57,011 nt of DNA from Escherichia phage vB_EcoM_fHy-Eco03, in the sequence record MW602648.1. The stretch is one strand, 5' to 3'. Under the pieces are notes generated by a model. The model searched no databases and was not told the origin of the DNA. It saw nothing but the letters and a program-made list of their open reading frames with translations. Positions 53,186 to 57,011 of this stretch are shown here, piece by piece. The position numbers and the translations under genes are program-made. The stretch's first letter is position 1, and every line of letters begins with the position of its first letter.

Positions 53186-53203
53186 TATATATATATATAT
53201 ATT
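53186..53203. repeat. (TA)n dinucleotide microsatellite in an AT-rich low-complexity spacer
   Basis: TATATATATATATATATT within the AT-rich noncoding region 53040..53312, preceded by ATTATTATTATTTATTTATT. Confidence 0.8.
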
Positions 53204-53357
53204 TATATAAAAGATAGAGAGTATTTAAAACAAGTACTTAGGCATCCTTATTCATGTAATCCGGTTATATGTATTATATAATTATCAGATTGGATAAGAA
53301 AAAGTTATTGCCGGCGCAAAAAGAAAAAAAGCCGGATTGCTTTTGAAATTATAGACA

Positions 53358-53386
53358 TTTACACAAGTCTTAAACTATGTTACAAT
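53358..53386 (+). promoter_or_regulatory. Copy of the terminal-repeat promoter (TTTACA-N17-TGtTACAAT)
   Basis: Duplicate of 46..74. Confidence 0.5.
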
Positions 53387-53425
53387 AGTTATTATTTACA
53401 ATGTTAAGCACAATAGGAATTCATC

Positions 53426-53623
53426 ATGAGCTATACTGACCAACAAATTGACACAGCAGCGGTTTTATTGGCACAAGAGGTAGATTTATTGCATTCTTTG
53501 ATGAATGCTAGTCATGATAGAGCTGAAACTATCAAGAATCAGATACGGGAAATTTGGTCTCAGCAGGTCAGCAACGGTGTATCTTTGGACTTTTTGGTGT
53601 GCCGCCTGAGAGGTCAACTGTAA
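53426..53623 (+). CDS. Hypothetical protein (duplicate of 114..311)
   Basis: Identical copy in the right terminal repeat. Confidence 0.5.
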   Translation: MSYTDQQIDTAAVLLAQEVDLLHSLMNASHDRAETIKNQIREIWSQQVSNGVSLDFLVCRLRGQL

Positions 53624-54048
53624 TGGTAAACATAAGAAGCAAGGGCCAGAACTTTGAGCGTAAAATGTCGAAAATGTTCAATGAATCGTTCGGGTTATCT
53701 ACTGAGAGAAATCTCCAGCAATCTATAAACGGTGGAGATGATTTGATGGGAGTCCCGTTCTTCAGCGTTGAGCTCAAGAAGCACAACACCAAAGCTATCG
53801 GGACTTGGTGGAAGCAATGTGCGGAATCAGCACGGCGTCAAAGCAAGATGCCAGTGCTAATCTATGAGATGCCACGGCAAAAGCCCACTGTCGTGATGAG
53901 AATTGAGGACGTCAGTCAAGCTTTGGCTGAGGCACCACTGTTGCCAGCGGCTAGTAACAGGCTCTTTGTGGGCTTGGTGGAATTAACATGGGAACAATTT
54001 TGCCGGGTCTACAACTTTTACGTTGCGCCCGGCGTCGAGGTTGCTTAG
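53623..54048 (+). CDS. Putative PD-(D/E)xK-family nuclease (duplicate of 311..736)
   Basis: Identical copy in the right terminal repeat. Confidence 0.4.
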   Translation: MVNIRSKGQNFERKMSKMFNESFGLSTERNLQQSINGGDDLMGVPFFSVELKKHNTKAIGTWWKQCAESARRQSKMPVLIYEMPRQKPTVVMRIEDVSQALAEAPLLPAASNRLFVGLVELTWEQFCRVYNFYVAPGVEVA

Positions 54049-54088
54049 GTTGATGCTTGCATCAACACCAGTCAACTGTAGTTGACAC

Positions 54089-54274
54089 TTAGTCTTGTTT
54101 CAACTCATCGCAGATAACGCGTTGATTTTGAGCTGGTACAAACCCGAGTTCGAGCAAAGTGTAAGGACTATCGGCGACGCATTGTTCAATGGTAGTCCAT
54201 TCAGTTTTGGATTCAATAATTTTGTAACTACAATCATGAGTAGCCACACATGTTGCCAGGATTAAGCCAATCAC
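54089..54274 (-). CDS. Hypothetical protein (duplicate of 777..962)
   Basis: Identical copy in the right terminal repeat. Confidence 0.45.
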   Translation of the reverse strand: MIGLILATCVATHDCSYKIIESKTEWTTIEQCVADSPYTLLELGFVPAQNQRVICDELKQD

Positions 54275-54450
54275 AAGTAATCTCCTTCAACCAGAAACTC
54301 AAACAATTGGTTGTAAACGTTGCAACCCTTAGCGAAAGAGCTTTCAGCAGGTTTACCATCGCGGACGATCATCATATATTCACCGCCATGAATATCCACC
54401 CAGTATTGCATGCCACCCTTGACAGGGTTACGTTGTAAGAATTTAAACAT
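54271..54450 (-). CDS. Hypothetical protein (duplicate of 959..1138)
   Basis: Identical copy in the right terminal repeat. Confidence 0.5.
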   Translation of the reverse strand: MFKFLQRNPVKGGMQYWVDIHGGEYMMIVRDGKPAESSFAKGCNVYNQLFEFLVEGDYL

Positions 54451-54695
54451 TATTTGCTCCTTACTCCAAGTTTATTCAATAACCACACTGTCATGTCAAC
54501 CCAGGTTAACGGTACAGTTTTCGGGGGTTGATAAGACCAGCACTTTCCAGCTCTTTCCGCAATTTCTTCGCGCCTTGCCGCTTGGCGTAATACTGCATCG
54601 TCAGAAGTGCCGGCAGAAAAAATATCGGCAATACCAGATAAATCGCCTCGATGAACACGTCCAGCAAGTTCATGCAGTTGCTCCTCAGAAAACAT
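54450..54695 (-). CDS. Hypothetical protein (duplicate of 1138..1383)
   Basis: Identical copy in the right terminal repeat. Confidence 0.5.
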   Translation of the reverse strand: MFSEEQLHELAGRVHRGDLSGIADIFSAGTSDDAVLRQAARREEIAERAGKCWSYQPPKTVPLTWVDMTVWLLNKLGVRSK

Positions 54696-54804
54696 AAGAC
54701 AACACCATTAGAATGATGATAAAGACAGCAACGGCTTTCGCCATGCCACGAGATTCATTATACACCGGATTTTCAGTGGTGTACTCAACAACATGCTTTT
54801 TCAT
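54685..54804 (-). CDS. Small hydrophobic protein (duplicate of 1373..1492)
   Basis: Identical copy in the right terminal repeat. Confidence 0.45.
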   Translation of the reverse strand: MKKHVVEYTTENPVYNESRGMAKAVAVFIIILMVLSYVF

Positions 54805-54861
54805 ACAACCTCCAGTGTGAGAAATATCAATTGATGGCACCCGCAGATGCCATCTCAGATA

Positions 54862-55434
54862 TTACTCGCCTTCAGTCTCAGATTTTTCTTCAGTCTGAGG
54901 TGCTGCGGCTTCGTAGACCGTCTTACCATCAGTGATTTTACCGGATTTAACATCGTTACGGTAATAACTCATGTAAGACTGTACAACACGTTTTGATTTA
55001 ACATCATCTTCAGCCATTTCACAGGCTTTCATGGCATCCGCAAGAGCGAGTTTTGAATCGTCTTTGTCTGCCAAGTTGTAATCTTTGAAGACCGCGTAAC
55101 AAGTATCTTTGGTACTCGGTCCTGAAGATTTACGAGTACAACCAGTTGAACCGGAACGACTAGCTTTCTTCACTTCAACATGCTCAACCTCAAGACTTTC
55201 AAGTGCCTTATACAAAGCAGGCACCAGAACATCCTTGCTGTCTTTGTGGGTGACAGATGCTTCATCATCAAGACTTTTAATCATCTTGACCAGTTGAGCA
55301 TTTTGGAACTCTTTGAGAGCGCCTTTCTCAACAACGATGCAACTCATCATGCCTTCCATTGACAGACCATCTTTGATGCCTTCAACAGAAAAAGCGGAAG
55401 TTAAGTAAACATACTGAGTGATAGAATTTTCCAT
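54862..55434 (-). CDS. Hypothetical early protein (duplicate of 1550..2122)
   Basis: Identical copy in the right terminal repeat. Confidence 0.6.
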   Translation of the reverse strand: MENSITQYVYLTSAFSVEGIKDGLSMEGMMSCIVVEKGALKEFQNAQLVKMIKSLDDEASVTHKDSKDVLVPALYKALESLEVEHVEVKKASRSGSTGCTRKSSGPSTKDTCYAVFKDYNLADKDDSKLALADAMKACEMAEDDVKSKRVVQSYMSYYRNDVKSGKITDGKTVYEAAAPQTEEKSETEGE

Positions 55435-55564
55435 GATTTTGTCCTCTTGTTTGTGGTTGACATCATTATAATGTCATGACTTCAGTTGTTTGTACATCTC
55501 AAATCACACATTTTTGTGCAATTTTTATCATGCGGTACGAATTATACCGCATTGTAAAAATTAC

Positions 55565-55765
55565 TCAAGAAATAATTACCTCAGTAACTACTACAGTGTT
55601 AGCAGTCACTAATGTCAAAACTTTACCAGCTTTTGACCTCACAGCTTTCAACCGTAATTGTGACTGTGTGTAATTATTCCACTCTTCATCACTGAGCACG
55701 GTCCTGGTAACTTCAGGTCGTTCATCTTTGCCAAGCTTCACTACTGTAACTTTGATTAATGGCAT
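55565..55765 (-). CDS. Hypothetical protein (duplicate of 2253..2453)
   Basis: Identical copy in the right terminal repeat. Confidence 0.45.
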   Translation of the reverse strand: MPLIKVTVVKLGKDERPEVTRTVLSDEEWNNYTQSQLRLKAVRSKAGKVLTLVTANTVVVTEVIIS

Positions 55766-55768
55766 TGC

Positions 55769-55996
55769 TTAAACCTCAAATTTTGATTCGTCATATTCAG
55801 GGTCAGTCACATCACGAGTGACACAATTTTGGAGTGCAGTCCAGTATTTTTGGACTTCAGCACCCTCCATGTATAGTGTCCAACCGTGATAGTAACCCTC
55901 GAAACTATTCCAGGTCCGTTCCCAAATCTTTCCGTCTTCGAGCTTATACTCAGTTGGTCTTGAGTCAAACTCACGGATAGTTGTGAATGTTACCAT
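55769..55996 (-). CDS. Hypothetical protein (duplicate of 2457..2684)
   Basis: Identical copy in the right terminal repeat. Confidence 0.45.
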   Translation of the reverse strand: MVTFTTIREFDSRPTEYKLEDGKIWERTWNSFEGYYHGWTLYMEGAEVQKYWTALQNCVTRDVTDPEYDESKFEV

Positions 55997-56065
55997 GCGT
56001 TGTTACGCCTCTGTTGAATAATTTCAATCATGAACTATCACAACTTTGATAGTTCATTGTTGAAA

Positions 56066-56245
56066 CTATTGTAACTTTGTACTAATTTGAATTGTCAATC
56101 TAAACTCTTCAAGTAAGTTATCAATGTTGGATTTATCTTCCACAGCGGTAGAAATTTGATCACTTACAATTTGAGCATTTGACTCAAGAAGTTCAATCAA
56201 ATGTGTCAATTCGTCTGCTGTCAATGTCAATTCTTTCATCATCAT
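56066..56245 (-). CDS. Hypothetical protein (duplicate of 2754..2933)
   Basis: Identical copy in the right terminal repeat. Confidence 0.4.
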   Translation of the reverse strand: MMMKELTLTADELTHLIELLESNAQIVSDQISTAVEDKSNIDNLLEEFRLTIQISTKLQ

Positions 56246-56412
56246 TCTCCTGAGTTAAATTGTGTGTCAATTTCAATAACTTTGGAACGTACATATTCCA
56301 GACAGTCATCATAATCGTATGAAGTGTAACTCGGCATTGGAGAATCCAACCCTTCGTTAACATTCCATTCACCTTCATTAACATCAAACCAGATGATTAA
56401 TTGAGTATGCAT
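56242..56412 (-). CDS. Hypothetical protein (duplicate of 2930..3100)
   Basis: Identical copy in the right terminal repeat. Confidence 0.45.
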   Translation of the reverse strand: MHTQLIIWFDVNEGEWNVNEGLDSPMPSYTSYDYDDCLEYVRSKVIEIDTQFNSGE

Positions 56413-56582
56413 TGTTATTACTCCTGTGTTAAGTTGTTTCAGGTGAGACTACTAAACTACTAATAGTCTCTGGATGAAATAACTTCACAGAGAAACAAAA
56501 CATGTACCAAATTGTTAAAGAGCAAAAGACACCATTGACCATCTACCAGATGTGTCTGTTGACTGGTTAAGTACTAACTACA

Positions 56583-56774
56583 CTAAGTAACTACATGCAT
56601 CCTCCTGAACCGTTTCTGTGTCAAGTTGTTCAACACATTCAATAAATACATTATGTCAAAGTCCCTGTTGGTTGTACACAATAGAAGTGCAAGTTTGTGC
56701 AAGCTTTTAGAAATGATAATCATCTGCGGTTGATAGTGATTCTCGTATGCAATTGATATAGTAACGCTCGTCAC
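56583..56774 (-). CDS. Hypothetical protein (duplicate of 3271..3462)
   Basis: Identical copy in the right terminal repeat. Confidence 0.3.
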   Translation of the reverse strand: MTSVTISIAYENHYQPQMIIISKSLHKLALLLCTTNRDFDIMYLLNVLNNLTQKRFRRMHVVT

Positions 56775-57011
56775 TACTCAGTGTGAAACAGTCGACGGGG
56801 GTAAACGTCACACACCGGTGCTATATTAGTTCCCCGGCGCAATTTTTATAAAAAATACAATTTCGTTTGTAATCGTAGACATACGGTATAGTTGCGGCCC
56901 GGTACCGTCACGGTGAGTTGTGATTACGATTGTAATGATAACGCACGTTACTATTCACTCTGAAGGGGTGCCGGGGGGTAATTGTCACCTAGGGGTGTTA
57001 ATTTAAGCCCC

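Larger units (their letters stand above)
53313..57011. repeat. Direct terminal repeat, right copy
   Basis: Copy of 1..3699; ends ...TTAAGCCCC at 57011, matching 3689..3699. Confidence 0.95.

Noticed and set aside
53160-53210. Repetitive AT-rich tract, considered as a CRISPR-like or minisatellite array
   Set aside because: It is a simple (TA)n and ATT-type microsatellite without repeat-spacer periodicity; no cas genes are present.
1-57011. Search for an integrase/excisionase, repressor or attachment site (temperate lifestyle)
   Set aside because: No tyrosine or serine recombinase motifs or CI-like repressor were recognised in any ORF; the genome looks virulent. This is a negative result by eye only.
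1-57011. Search for a phage-encoded single-subunit RNA polymerase
   Set aside because: No ORF of suitable size (about 800 aa or more) with T7-RNAP-like motifs; the largest ORFs are assigned to other roles or are structural. Host-type promoters were found instead.

Overview
This window is a complete linear dsDNA phage genome of about 53.3 kb unique sequence, bounded by identical 3,699-bp direct terminal repeats (1..3699 = 53313..57011, offset 53312). No integrase, no phage RNA polymerase and no tRNA were recognised, which is consistent with a virulent phage using host sigma70 RNAP; several TTTACA-N17-TATAAT promoters support this. Layout, left to right: (a) terminal repeat with two rightward genes and a leftward array of about ten tightly coupled small ORFs; (b) rightward early genes including DHFR-like and dNMP-kinase-like proteins; (c) a rightward morphogenesis and lysis operon with Mu/P2-like contractile-tail and baseplate gene order, ending in holin, SAR endolysin and spanins; (d) a leftward replication and nucleotide-metabolism module with family A DNA polymerase, SF2 helicase, a thymidylate-synthase-family enzyme, MazG-like protein, dCMP deaminase, Sak4-like ATPase and two HNH endonucleases; (e) a rightward primase-polymerase/helicase gene. 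The most interesting signal is the thymidylate-synthase homolog carrying Asp where dUMP-specific enzymes have Asn, together with MazG, dCMP deaminase, dNMP kinase and DHFR: this looks like a T4-style cytosine-modification pathway (5-hydroxymethyl- or 5-methyl-cytosine DNA). Other notable items are a 490-bp ORF-free, hairpin-flanked region inside the replication operon, a -1 frameshift site in the tail assembly chaperone, and repeat elements at the terminal-repeat boundary. All functional calls rest on motifs and gene order read by eye; no database search or alignment was run.
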